NCBI GenBank assembly: GCA_965277895.1 | Contig: CBDIDR010000001.1 | Span: forward strand, 74 to 64,073 | DNA from: Flavobacteriales bacterium | GTDB lineage: Bacteria; Bacteroidota; Bacteroidia; Flavobacteriales; UBA7312 | DNA length: 64,000 bases | Direction: 5' to 3' | Part shown: one piece after another, positions 10,887-20,691 of the stretch | How the letters are laid out: each line of letters starts with the position of its first letter | How positions within the stretch are numbered: position 1 is the stretch's first letter | Notes under the pieces: model-generated | The model's database searches: none | Seen by the model: only the letters and a program-made list of their open reading frames with translations | Told to the model about the DNA's origin: nothing | Program-made: the position numbers and the translations under genes

Positions 10887-11165
10887 ATGAAACAAAGCGA
10901 ATTTATCATCACAGCGGTGCTTGTATTGGCAGTATTTGTATTTGGGTTTTATAACATAACTAATACTGCTCCTACAATTAATAACTCTCAGATGAATACA
11001 TCTGTTTCTATCGAGTCTTCAAATACTAATGAGGAAGTTAATCTGCAAATAATTCCATATATGACTGAAACTATTGAAGAAGAAGTTATTATTGAAATGG
11101 ATACTACCATGTCAGATTCTACTTTAGAAGTTAGCAGTGACTCAGAAGAAGTTATTGTTGAGTAA
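10887..11165 (+). CDS. Hypothetical membrane-anchored acidic Ser/Thr-rich protein
   Basis: The ORF has an N-terminal TM segment (IITAVLVLAVFVFGFY) and an acidic tail. The ATG at 10887 is preferred over the TTG at 10860. Confidence 0.4.
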   Translation: MKQSEFIITAVLVLAVFVFGFYNITNTAPTINNSQMNTSVSIESSNTNEEVNLQIIPYMTETIEEEVIIEMDTTMSDSTLEVSSDSEEVIVE

Positions 11166-11168
11166 TTT

Positions 11169-12692
11169 TCAATCTTTACTTTTAGCTAGTGTAAAACAAA
11201 TAAACATTACGGCTATAAAAGCCGATATTCTTCCAATATAATCGCCAAAACGCACATAAAAAGTATTGGCTGAATGAGTGCTTAGTGTTCTTTTAATAAC
11301 AACCTCTTCATCCCATTTTGTAGGCTGAAAGATTTTTCCTCGAATATCTATAAAAGCAGAAATTCCAGTATTGGCAGATCGTGCAATTGGTCGTCTACAT
11401 TCAATAGCTCGAAGGCTAGCGTAATTAAGGTGTTGTCTGTAGCCAGGCGTGTCCTTCCACCATCCATCGTTAGTTATAATCGTAAATAAATCTGACCCAT
11501 TTCGCACATATTCTGAGGTATATTCACCAAAGATAGATTCATAACAAATAATTGGCGCAACATTAGCCTTACCAGCAAATACTTCTCTGTAGTCTTGTGT
11601 TCCTAAACTACCAGAAATACCACCTAAGTCAATGGTTAAAAATTCAAGATTTTCAAATAAAAATGAGAATGGTGTGAACTCTACGCCTTGAACTAACTTG
11701 GACTTATGGTAGATTGATAAGTCGTCTTTGGAAATACACAAAGCCGAATTATATACATCGTAATAACTTTCTGAATTAATGAATTTCCGAGCGGTCTCAC
11801 TTAAATTCTGATTTGAATCATAGGCTTTGTAGGTTGAGGCCCCTACAATAATTGTTAATTGCGGATATTTTTCTATTAATTTCCTTAATCGAATAAGCTC
11901 AGTTGTATATTCTATTTTATTTTCCCACAAGCCATCTACTATTGCTGTTTCAGGACCTATTAGGTAATCAACTGTTGAATCTAGTTCTGGTTCGGCTAGC
12001 TCTATAAATTTTTCTAATTGCTCTAGCGAAGAAAGTCCGTCAAACTTTTCAAAATATGGATCAATGTTTGGTTGAACAACTACAATATTAACCTCCTCGC
12101 CCTTTTCTTCTGTTGAAATGAATAGATTAAACACAAAAGGTAAAATCAAAATAATGCTAGGCAAACGGTATACTTTTTTATTCTTGAATGAGTTATAAAC
12201 AACCACATTGAAGAGCAAAACCCATAAGCTACCCCCTAATACTCCTGTATACTCATACCATTGAATGACACTAGGATATGTTGAAAACACATTCCCCAAT
12301 GTTAGCCAAGGCCATGATAAATCCCAGTTAAGGTGTAAATATTCAAAGCCTAACCAAAAGGTTATGAATGCCCACCATGCTCTTCTGTCATTAAATTTGG
12401 CACAAACAATTGAAAACAACAGAATAACACTTGACATTAGTAAACTATTGACAAGTACAGCAGCTATCACTCCGAACAGACTTGCGTGATAAATCCAATA
12501 GGTTGTTCCTGAATTCCAAAGTGCAAATACGATGAAAGAGTAAAAAAATACATGCTTCTTAGTTGGTGTATTTTCAACAATAGAAAACAATGGTGCTAAT
12601 GCAAAAAATATAAGAAAGGGAAATCCACCTGAGGGCCACGAAAAAACTAATAATAAGGCTGAAGTAAAACTAAGTAATAGGTTACGATACAT
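11169..12692 (-). CDS. lnt: Apolipoprotein N-acyltransferase
   Basis: The N-terminal half is polytopic. The C-terminal half is a CN-hydrolase domain with VVQPNIDP and the catalytic-Cys context PIICYESIF. Confidence 0.9.
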   Translation of the reverse strand: MYRNLLLSFTSALLLVFSWPSGGFPFLIFFALAPLFSIVENTPTKKHVFFYSFIVFALWNSGTTYWIYHASLFGVIAAVLVNSLLMSSVILLFSIVCAKFNDRRAWWAFITFWLGFEYLHLNWDLSWPWLTLGNVFSTYPSVIQWYEYTGVLGGSLWVLLFNVVVYNSFKNKKVYRLPSIILILPFVFNLFISTEEKGEEVNIVVVQPNIDPYFEKFDGLSSLEQLEKFIELAEPELDSTVDYLIGPETAIVDGLWENKIEYTTELIRLRKLIEKYPQLTIIVGASTYKAYDSNQNLSETARKFINSESYYDVYNSALCISKDDLSIYHKSKLVQGVEFTPFSFLFENLEFLTIDLGGISGSLGTQDYREVFAGKANVAPIICYESIFGEYTSEYVRNGSDLFTIITNDGWWKDTPGYRQHLNYASLRAIECRRPIARSANTGISAFIDIRGKIFQPTKWDEEVVIKRTLSTHSANTFYVRFGDYIGRISAFIAVMFICFTLAKSKD

Positions 12693-12728
12693 CTTTTTGT
12701 ATTATTGCAGTAACAAATATCGTATTTA

Positions 12729-13424
12729 TTGAGCATTTTAAGACACATACCGAATCTAATTACGTTAGGTAATTTATTTTTTGGCTTATTAGCTATCCAA
12801 TTCGCTTATTTAAACGACTTGTACTCGGCATCGCTATGTATTTTAAGTGGTGCTTTTCTAGATTTTTTTGACGGTTTCTTCGCCAGACTATTGAAGGTGA
12901 GTGGTGAACTAGGAAAACAACTTGATAGCCTTGCAGATTTAATCACCTTTGGTGTAGCCCCAAGCGTAATTGTATTCCAGCTAATTTTATTGTCCGAATC
13001 AGAACTAAGCACTATTGCTTATATCGCTTTTTTAATACCACTATTTTCAGCTTACAGATTAGCGAAGTTTAATATAGATTCTAATCAGTCCGATACATTT
13101 ATTGGTCTTCCAACACCAGCAAACGCCCTATTTTTTATATCCATACCAATTGCTACACACTTTAATGGTGAAGATGTTTTATTAGAGTTTTTATCGCAAA
13201 AAACAGTTCTGATTGTATTTGTTATTGGCTTATGCTTGCTTATGGTATCAAGTATAAATTTCATAGCACTAAAGTTTAAGACCTTCAATTGGAAGGGTAA
13301 TGAATACCGATTTATATTAGTTGGAATAAGTGTAATATTATTATTGCTTTTCCATTTTGTAGCTATACCAATTATTATACTTTTGTACACAGTATTATCG
13401 CTCATTAATAATCCAAGAAAATGA
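12729..13424 (+). CDS. pssA: CDP-diacylglycerol--serine O-phosphatidyltransferase
   Basis: It carries the CDP-alcohol phosphotransferase motif DFFDGFFARLLKVSGELGKQLDSLADLITFG. It has a TTG start. Confidence 0.85.
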   Translation: MSILRHIPNLITLGNLFFGLLAIQFAYLNDLYSASLCILSGAFLDFFDGFFARLLKVSGELGKQLDSLADLITFGVAPSVIVFQLILLSESELSTIAYIAFLIPLFSAYRLAKFNIDSNQSDTFIGLPTPANALFFISIPIATHFNGEDVLLEFLSQKTVLIVFVIGLCLLMVSSINFIALKFKTFNWKGNEYRFILVGISVILLLLFHFVAIPIIILLYTVLSLINNPRK

Positions 13425-13684
13425 AATTTATTGCAGAGATTGATGTAATGCCTCTCAAGGCACTTTTAGATCCACAAGGAAAAGCCGTAAGCGGCAGCAT
13501 GAAGAATGTTGGTTTGCCTGAAATAACCAATGTAAGAATTGGCAAACATATCACCTTGGAAATAGAAGCAAAAGATAAGTCTGAGGCAAGTGAAAAAGTT
13601 GATAAAGCTTGTACAGAATTACTTTGCAATCAAATTATGGAAGGTTACAAATTTGAAATCTACGAAGCTGAATTAGCTTCTTAG
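13421..13684 (+). CDS. purS: Phosphoribosylformylglycinamidine synthase subunit PurS
   Basis: 87 aa with [20 protein letters not shown] and [13 protein letters not shown], which match the PurS pattern. It overlaps pssA by ATGA. Confidence 0.85.
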   Translation: MKFIAEIDVMPLKALLDPQGKAVSGSMKNVGLPEITNVRIGKHITLEIEAKDKSEASEKVDKACTELLCNQIMEGYKFEIYEAELAS

Positions 13685-14398
13685 TTCAAAGTTTTCTCCT
13701 AAATAAACTCTCCTAACTTGTTCGTCTGCTGCTAACTCCTCTGCAGTACCTGACTTTAGTATTTTACCCTCGAACAAAAGATAGGCTCTATCAGTGATGG
13801 AAAGTGTTTCATGAACATTATGATCTGTAATTAATATCCCAATATTTCGGTCTTTTAATTTAGAGACTATATGTTGAATATCTTCAACAGCAATAGGGTC
13901 TACGCCTGCAAAAGGCTCATCCAATAGAATAAATTTAGGGTCAGTAGCTAGACATCGTGCTATTTCTGTTCGTCTACGCTCACCTCCAGAAAGTAAATCT
14001 CCAAGGCTTTTTCTAATATGCTGAAGTCCAAACTCGTCTAATAATGATTCTAGTTTTTCAGACTGCTCTTTTTTACTTAAATCAGTCATTTCTAATACTG
14101 CTAAAATATTATCTTCAACGCTCAGCTTTCTGAAAACAGATGCCTCTTGTGCAAGATAACCTATACCCATTTGAGCTCTTCTGTACATAGGTTCTTCCGT
14201 AACTTCATCAGCATCTAAGAAGACCTTTCCAGCATCTGGCTTAACAAGACCAACCATCATGTAAAAAGAAGTTGTTTTCCCTGCTCCATTGGGACCTAAA
14301 AGCCCAACTATTTCACCCTGGTTTACTTCCAAAGAAACCTCGTTGACGACTTTTCTATTTCGGTACTTTTTGACAATATGTTGTGCGTTCAACTTCAT
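13673..14398 (-). CDS. lptB: LPS export ABC transporter ATP-binding protein LptB
   Basis: Walker [10 protein letters not shown], signature LSGGERRR and Walker B FILLDEP. The length of 241 aa is typical. Confidence 0.9.
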   Translation of the reverse strand: MKLNAQHIVKKYRNRKVVNEVSLEVNQGEIVGLLGPNGAGKTTSFYMMVGLVKPDAGKVFLDADEVTEEPMYRRAQMGIGYLAQEASVFRKLSVEDNILAVLEMTDLSKKEQSEKLESLLDEFGLQHIRKSLGDLLSGGERRRTEIARCLATDPKFILLDEPFAGVDPIAVEDIQHIVSKLKDRNIGILITDHNVHETLSITDRAYLLFEGKILKSGTAEELAADEQVRRVYLGENFELRS

Positions 14399-15198
14399 TA
14401 TTTATCTTGAAATTTAGCAGATACCTTAATACTCAACTCGTACAACAGCATCAGCGGAAAAGTCACTAAAATTAAACTCATAATGTCTGGAGGTGTAATA
14501 ATAGCGGCTAAAATCATAAGTATAACTAAGGAATGCTTTCTATATTGCCTTAAGAACTCAGGCGAAATTAATCCTAACTTACTGAGGAAATAAATAAGAA
14601 TAGGTAATAAGAATACTATACCATTTGCTAAGCAGACAGTAGTTACTGTCGAAATAAAGGAGTTTAAATTAATCTGATTTACTACTTGAGAACTGACTTG
14701 ATAATTACCAAGAAACTGAACAGATAATGGAGCTACAGCATAGTATCCAAATAATACTCCAAGAATAAAGAGTAATGAGGTGTAAAACACAACACCTCTA
14801 GAGTATTTTTTTTCGCTTCCATGTAAAGCAGGCTTTATAAAACGCCAAATTTCCCAAAAAACATATGGAAAGGCACACACAAAACCAGCAACTAAAGATG
14901 ATACTATATGTGTACTAAACTGACCTGACATCTTTATATTCATTAATTCAAATGGTGCTTCTTTAATACATAATGCCTCTCCAAAGTGTAGGGTTTCGGA
15001 TAGCCAACAGAAAAATTTATAGGTAGGAAAGTCAGGGCTTTTTGATGCCAAAATTATCTTATCGAATAAAAATTCTGGAAATATAAATGCCAAAGTAGTG
15101 AAGACTAAAATAGCCACAGCACTTCTGATAAGATGCCATCTTAAAATTTCTAAATGATCTAAAAAAGAATGTTCCTTCTCCTCTCCTATTTTTCTCAT
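14398..15198 (-). CDS. tatC: Twin-arginine translocase subunit TatC
   Basis: A six-TM protein with the N-terminal [16 protein letters not shown] motif typical of TatC. Confidence 0.9.
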   Translation of the reverse strand: MRKIGEEKEHSFLDHLEILRWHLIRSAVAILVFTTLAFIFPEFLFDKIILASKSPDFPTYKFFCWLSETLHFGEALCIKEAPFELMNIKMSGQFSTHIVSSLVAGFVCAFPYVFWEIWRFIKPALHGSEKKYSRGVVFYTSLLFILGVLFGYYAVAPLSVQFLGNYQVSSQVVNQINLNSFISTVTTVCLANGIVFLLPILIYFLSKLGLISPEFLRQYRKHSLVILMILAAIITPPDIMSLILVTFPLMLLYELSIKVSAKFQDK

Positions 15199-16166
15199 TA
15201 CAAAATCCCTTCTTTTAGTATATCATGAATATGCACAATGCCGTGGTATGAGTCTCCCTTACAAACTATAAGTTGCGAAATATTATTGTCTTCCATAATA
15301 GTTAATGCCTTTGCTGCCAACTCATTCCATTCAATAGTTTTTGGCTTATCACACATAATGTCTTTAGCTTTTAGAGTACTCCAATCTGAACCTTCAATTT
15401 CAAGCATTCTCCTTATATCTCCATCAGTAATTACACCAATAAGTTGATTGTTTTCAATAACAGCAGTTGCTCCCAATCGCTTGTTTGATATTTCTACTAT
15501 TACATTTTTAATAGTCTCATTTGGAAGAACGCTAGGCATGGAATTATCAGAACACAAATCATCAACTTTAAAAAATAGTTTTTTACCTAAAGCTCCTCCA
15601 GGATGAAATTTAGCAAAATCTATATCTGAAAAATTCCTGCATTCCAATAAAGAAACGGCTAAAGCATCCCCGATTACCAACTGTGCAGTAGTACTTGTTG
15701 TTGGTGCAAGATTGTTTGGACAAGCCTCTTTATCAACCTTTGAAAGTATTGTCCAATTAGATTGTTGAGACAGGTATGATTCAGAATTTCCAGTAATGGC
15801 AATAATCGAATTCCCCATGTCTTTTAAAAGAGGAATAAGTGTTTTTATTTCAGCTGTTGAACCGCTTTTGGAAATGCAAACTACAATATCTTCGCTTTGA
15901 ATATTTCCTAAATCACCATGTAGGGCATCAGCGGCATGCATAAATATAGATGGCTGACCTGTGGAATTAAAGGTAGATACCATCTTCTGAGCAATGTTTG
16001 CACTTTTACCTATGCCAGTAACAATTAATCGTCCCTTAGAGTTTAGAATTTCTTGAACAACTTTGCCAAAATCATCATCAATAAAATCAAGAAGTTTTAG
16101 AATAGATTGACCTTCTAACTCAATGGTTGATTTTGCAATAGATTTTATTTCATTAATTGATTTCAA
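15198..16166 (-). CDS. kdsD: Arabinose-5-phosphate isomerase (KpsF/GutQ family: SIS domain plus tandem CBS)
   Basis: SIS motif VTGIGKSANIAQK and a C-terminal CBS pair. It has a TTG start. Confidence 0.85.
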   Translation of the reverse strand: MKSINEIKSIAKSTIELEGQSILKLLDFIDDDFGKVVQEILNSKGRLIVTGIGKSANIAQKMVSTFNSTGQPSIFMHAADALHGDLGNIQSEDIVVCISKSGSTAEIKTLIPLLKDMGNSIIAITGNSESYLSQQSNWTILSKVDKEACPNNLAPTTSTTAQLVIGDALAVSLLECRNFSDIDFAKFHPGGALGKKLFFKVDDLCSDNSMPSVLPNETIKNVIVEISNKRLGATAVIENNQLIGVITDGDIRRMLEIEGSDWSTLKAKDIMCDKPKTIEWNELAAKALTIMEDNNISQLIVCKGDSYHGIVHIHDILKEGIL

Positions 16167-16258
16167 TAGACTAAATTTGATTTAATAAAATAAATTCTCT
16201 AATTTTAGAGGGATTACTTTGAAGCAAAAGTATCAAATTTTAGCTTGATTATAATTAA

Positions 16259-18448
16259 ATGACTCTACAGATTACATCTCTTACGGATGAACTTCAAAAA
16301 TATTTTGGATTCAACCGTTTTAAAAGCCAACAAGAAGCCATCATTCAAAATACACTTGATGGTAATGATGCTTTTGTAATCATGCCAACAGGCGGAGGTA
16401 AGTCTATGTGTTATCAACTACCTGCCCTTATCAGTGATGGATGTGCAGTAGTTATTTCTCCACTGATAGCATTAATGAAAAATCAAGTAGATGCTATTAG
16501 AGGGTTTAACGACAGCGACTCAATAGCTCATGTCCTTAATTCCTCCCTTTCCAAAAAAGATGTAGCAAAGGTTAAAGAGGATGTTGAAAGCGGTAAAACA
16601 AAACTTCTTTATGTAGCCCCCGAATCCCTCACTAAACAAGAAAACATAGATTATTTGAAAGATAAAAAAATCTCATTTTATGCTATCGATGAAGCACATT
16701 GCATTTCCGAATGGGGTCATGACTTTAGACCAGAATATAGAAATCTAAAAAAAATAATAGAAAATATTGGACGTGCTCCGATAATTGCTCTTACGGCTAC
16801 CGCTACTACTAAGGTTAGAGAAGACATTCAAAAGAATTTAGGAATAACTGATTGCCCTGTTTTCTTCGATTCATTCAATAGAGACAATCTTTACTACGAC
16901 ATCAGACCAAAAATTGATGTTGAAAAAGAAATCATTAAGTACATTAAACAGAATGAAGGCAAGTCTGGGATTGTATACTGCCTAAGCAGAAAAAAGGTTG
17001 AGGAAATTGCCGAAACTCTTCAAGTAAATGGCATCAATGCACTGCCCTATCATGCTGGTTTAGAGAATAAAACACGTGTCAAACATCAAGATGCTTTCCT
17101 TATGGAAGATGTGGATGTTATTGTTGCAACAATAGCTTTCGGAATGGGGATTGACAAACCTGACATCCGATACGTTATTCACCATGATATACCTAAAAGT
17201 TTAGAAAGCTATTACCAAGAAACTGGACGAGCAGGGCGTGATGGCGGAGAAGGTAATTGCGTGACCTTTTACAGCTATAACGACATTGAAAAACTTGAAA
17301 AGTTTTTACAAGGTAAGCCAGTAGCTGAACAAGAAATCGGACGTCAACTCATACTAGAAACCATTTCTTTTGCCGAAACGTCTATGTGCAGGAGGAAATA
17401 TATTCTACACTATTTTGGTGAATCGTTTGACGAAGCCAATTGCAATGAAATGTGTGATAATTGCCGACATCCAAAACCTAAATTTAATGGTGAAGAGTAT
17501 ATCACACAATTAATAGAATGTGTCTTGGCTGTAAACGAAAGGCTAAAAGCAAAAGAAATAGTTAAAGTACTGGTTGGGGAAAGTAATGCCCTAATCAAAC
17601 AACATAAGTCAGAAACTCTTGAAGAATATGGAAAAGGTAATCATAAATCCAAAGGGTTTTGGCATGCTGTTATTCGTCAGTCTCTGGTTAAAGGATTATT
17701 AGTAAAAGAAATTGAGAGCTATGGAATTCTTAAAATCTCTGAAAAAGGAAAAGAATTTTTGAAAGAATCCTATGAAGTGCTATTTACAGAAGACCACGAT
17801 TACGATGCTATCAATTCCAAAAATGCAGCTAGTAGCAACCAAAAATCTGCTGCTGCTGATACTGTGCTTTTCAAAAACTTGAAAGATCTCAGAAAAAAGT
17901 TTGCTAAGTCAAAAGAACTTCCTCCAAATATAATATTTTCTGAAGCTTCTCTGATTGATATGGCTAATCAGTATCCAATTACCACTGAAGAGTTAAGTCA
18001 AATTCATGGTGTTGGACAAGGAAAAGCCAATAAATTTGGTAGACCATTTTTAGATTACATTAAGGAATATGTTGAGGAGAATGATATCGTAAGACCTGAA
18101 GATATGGTCATTAAAACTATTGCCAAACAGTCAAGCAATAAAGTGTATATCATTCAAAGCATAGACAGAAAATTATCTATTGAAGATATCGCCTCTGCCA
18201 AAGGGCTGACAGTAGAAGACCTTATCACTGAAATTGAAACAATAGTAGAATCAGGAACAAAAATAAACCTGAACTATTATCTAGACGATATCATTGATGA
18301 ATACCAAGAAGAGGAGCTTATTGATTTCTTTAAAAACTCTGAAGAAGCAACTTTTGATGAAGCTAGAAATGAATTCGAAGAAGACGAATATACAGATGAA
18401 GAGTTAAGACTTTTCAGAATAAAGTTTATCTCTGATGTTGCTAACTAG
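16259..18448 (+). CDS. recQ: ATP-dependent DNA helicase RecQ
   Basis: Motifs MPTGGGKS and AIDEAHCISEWGHDFRPEY, the Zn-binding Cys cluster (CRRK...CDNC), and a C-terminal HRDC-like region. Confidence 0.95.
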   Translation: MTLQITSLTDELQKYFGFNRFKSQQEAIIQNTLDGNDAFVIMPTGGGKSMCYQLPALISDGCAVVISPLIALMKNQVDAIRGFNDSDSIAHVLNSSLSKKDVAKVKEDVESGKTKLLYVAPESLTKQENIDYLKDKKISFYAIDEAHCISEWGHDFRPEYRNLKKIIENIGRAPIIALTATATTKVREDIQKNLGITDCPVFFDSFNRDNLYYDIRPKIDVEKEIIKYIKQNEGKSGIVYCLSRKKVEEIAETLQVNGINALPYHAGLENKTRVKHQDAFLMEDVDVIVATIAFGMGIDKPDIRYVIHHDIPKSLESYYQETGRAGRDGGEGNCVTFYSYNDIEKLEKFLQGKPVAEQEIGRQLILETISFAETSMCRRKYILHYFGESFDEANCNEMCDNCRHPKPKFNGEEYITQLIECVLAVNERLKAKEIVKVLVGESNALIKQHKSETLEEYGKGNHKSKGFWHAVIRQSLVKGLLVKEIESYGILKISEKGKEFLKESYEVLFTEDHDYDAINSKNAASSNQKSAAADTVLFKNLKDLRKKFAKSKELPPNIIFSEASLIDMANQYPITTEELSQIHGVGQGKANKFGRPFLDYIKEYVEENDIVRPEDMVIKTIAKQSSNKVYIIQSIDRKLSIEDIASAKGLTVEDLITEIETIVESGTKINLNYYLDDIIDEYQEEELIDFFKNSEEATFDEARNEFEEDEYTDEELRLFRIKFISDVAN

Positions 18449-19620
18449 CTCCTAACTGCTAACCAACTCATTAATCCTATACTGTGCTTTAAAGCGGCTT
18501 CCTCAACATTGAAATTAGGGTTGTGCAAGTGTTTTCTAGTTCCACTTTTATCCCCAACTCCTATCCTGTAAAAACACGATGGAACATGATGCGAATAATA
18601 GGCAAAATCCTCTGCAGTCATTCGCTTTGGAATTTTTATAACGCTATTGCTACCCATAAACTCTGAAGCTTGATGAAAGCAATGTTCAGTAAACGGCACA
18701 TCATTTTTTAAAAATGGGTAGCCTTTACGAATTTCAAGATCACATTCTCCCCCCATTTCTTTAGAAGTATTAAGGCATATATCTTCGATAATTTGGTGTG
18801 CTTTTGATCTCCAATCCTCATCCATAGCTCTAAAAGTTCCTTGCATACTCACTTTTTCTGGGATAATATTGCCAGCGCTACCACCTTGAATTACACCAAT
18901 AGATAATACTGAAGGCGTATCGTTTACCTCATCAAATCTATCGTATAGGCGAGTAATTAATTTAGAGGCTATAACTAAAGGGTTTATTCGTCCTTCTGGA
19001 ATAGCGGCATGGCCACCTTTACCAATAACATCAATATAAATTTCATCAGCAGAAGCCATAAACATTCCTTCCTTCATGCCAATAATACCACAGTCTAACT
19101 CTGGTGAAACATGCTGACCTATAATTTTATTTACTTTAGGCTTTTCCAAAACACCCTCTTCAATCATCAGAGAAGCTCCTCCAGGTAATTTTTCTTCACC
19201 TGGCTGAAAAATAAGTTTAATACTTCCCTCCCACTTATCTTTTAATTCATTTAAAATACGTGCAACACCTAAAAGAGAAGCCGTATGAAAATCATGACCA
19301 CAGGCATGCATAACGCCATTATTTTTCGAGGCATAACTAACATTATTCATTTCATGTATCGGCAAAGCATCTATATCTGCTCTAAGGGCTATACATTTAG
19401 AATCAGGATTTTGACCTTTGATAAGTGCCACTACACCTGTTTCAACAATACCCGACTCAAAAGAAATTCCGTATTCCGTTAGCTTTTCTTGTATGAATTT
19501 TGAGGTTTCATATTCTTTAAATGACAGTTCAGGATATTCATGCAATCGTCTTCGAATCGCAATAATATCTTCAAAATACTGTTCAGATAAAGCTAATATT
19601 TGAGGTTTTAACTGACTCAT
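18445..19620 (-). CDS. M20D family amidohydrolase (N-acyl-L-amino-acid amidohydrolase / hippurate hydrolase-like)
   Basis: It has the HACGHDFH metal-binding motif and M20 architecture. Confidence 0.85.
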   Translation of the reverse strand: MSQLKPQILALSEQYFEDIIAIRRRLHEYPELSFKEYETSKFIQEKLTEYGISFESGIVETGVVALIKGQNPDSKCIALRADIDALPIHEMNNVSYASKNNGVMHACGHDFHTASLLGVARILNELKDKWEGSIKLIFQPGEEKLPGGASLMIEEGVLEKPKVNKIIGQHVSPELDCGIIGMKEGMFMASADEIYIDVIGKGGHAAIPEGRINPLVIASKLITRLYDRFDEVNDTPSVLSIGVIQGGSAGNIIPEKVSMQGTFRAMDEDWRSKAHQIIEDICLNTSKEMGGECDLEIRKGYPFLKNDVPFTEHCFHQASEFMGSNSVIKIPKRMTAEDFAYYSHHVPSCFYRIGVGDKSGTRKHLHNPNFNVEEAALKHSIGLMSWLAVRS

Positions 19621-19985
19621 TTCGAAAACATAAGTTTTATTCCTCCAATTAATAGCATTAGTCCAAATACTTTCTTCAAAGTCTTTGAGTCAATATTTAC
19701 AGCCCACTTGGAGCTGAAATAACCGCCTATAACAAATGCTAAAGATATAATTAGTGCGTATTTCCAGTTTACAAAACCTTCTTTATGATAGTTCCATGCT
19801 GCCAAAATTCCAATTGGTGGCAACATAACAGCTAAACTGGTGCCCTGTGCACTATGCTGCCCCATTCCAATCAACAGCATTAACAAAGGAATAATGATAA
19901 TTCCGCCACCTACGCCTATAAATCCACTGAGGAGACCGGCACAAAGACCTATTAAAACCAGAAAAAGTAATGTTACAAAAGACAT
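19617..19985 (-). CDS. Half-size (4-TM) TauE/SafE (TSUP) family membrane protein
   Basis: GLLSGFIGVGGGIIIIPLL motif. The ATG at 19985 is preferred over the TTG at 20033. It overlaps the downstream M20 gene by 4 nt. Confidence 0.65.
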   Translation of the reverse strand: MSFVTLLFLVLIGLCAGLLSGFIGVGGGIIIIPLLMLLIGMGQHSAQGTSLAVMLPPIGILAAWNYHKEGFVNWKYALIISLAFVIGGYFSSKWAVNIDSKTLKKVFGLMLLIGGIKLMFSK

Positions 19986-20032
19986 AATATAATTTCCTTG
20001 CGAAGATATGTAATTCAAAATATCTTTGCTCA

Positions 20033-20674
20033 ATGATAAAAATTCAATCCTTTACCTTCAATGGCTTTCAAGAGAACACTTATGTTCTATTTGACGAGAG
20101 TAAGAAATGCATCATTATAGACCCAGGTTGCTATGAACAAAATGAAAAGCTAGAACTGGAAAGATTCATAGTTGACAACGAACTTGAAGCAGTAAAGCTT
20201 ATAAATACACATTGCCACATTGACCATGTTTTGGGAAACCGATTTGTAGCGGAAAAATGGGGCTTGGATTTGGAAATGCATGAACTAGACCTGCCCACAT
20301 TACGTTCTGTAAAGGACTACTGTCAACTTTATGGATTTCATAATTATGAAGAAAGTCCAGAGCCTTCGACTTTCTTAAAAGAGGGTGATAAGATACATTT
20401 TGGAAATAGTAGTCTTGATGTTTTATTTGCTCCTGGCCATGCCCCAGGACATATTGTCCTTTATTCCAAAGAACAGCATTTTGTAATCGGAGGAGATGTT
20501 CTCTTTCAGATGAGTATCGGACGAACAGACTTGCCTGGTGGCGACTACGACACACTCATTAGCAGTATAAAAGATAAATTACTGCCACTAGATGAACAAA
20601 CAAAAGTCTATTGCGGTCATGGTCCAAGTACTACTATAGGGTTTGAAAAAGCAAACAATCCTTTTCTAAAATAG
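20033..20674 (+). CDS. MBL-fold metallo-hydrolase (glyoxalase II-like)
   Basis: It has the metal motif HCHIDH and further His/Asp ligands (PGHAPGH, GGD). Confidence 0.85.
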   Translation: MIKIQSFTFNGFQENTYVLFDESKKCIIIDPGCYEQNEKLELERFIVDNELEAVKLINTHCHIDHVLGNRFVAEKWGLDLEMHELDLPTLRSVKDYCQLYGFHNYEESPEPSTFLKEGDKIHFGNSSLDVLFAPGHAPGHIVLYSKEQHFVIGGDVLFQMSIGRTDLPGGDYDTLISSIKDKLLPLDEQTKVYCGHGPSTTIGFEKANNPFLK

Positions 20675-20691
20675 CAGTTATAAAATGATAT

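Noticed and set aside
16172-16179. TAAATTTG box upstream of recQ
   Set aside because: It matches TAnnTTTG but lies 80 nt from the recQ ATG and directly abuts the divergent kdsD start codon. It is too ambiguous to assign to a gene.
18445-20674. The idea that the neighbouring M20 amidohydrolase or MBL hydrolase supplies the missing kynurenine formamidase step
   Set aside because: They are in separate transcription units from kynU and kmo. Known bacterial formamidases belong to other folds. There is no sequence evidence, only proximity.
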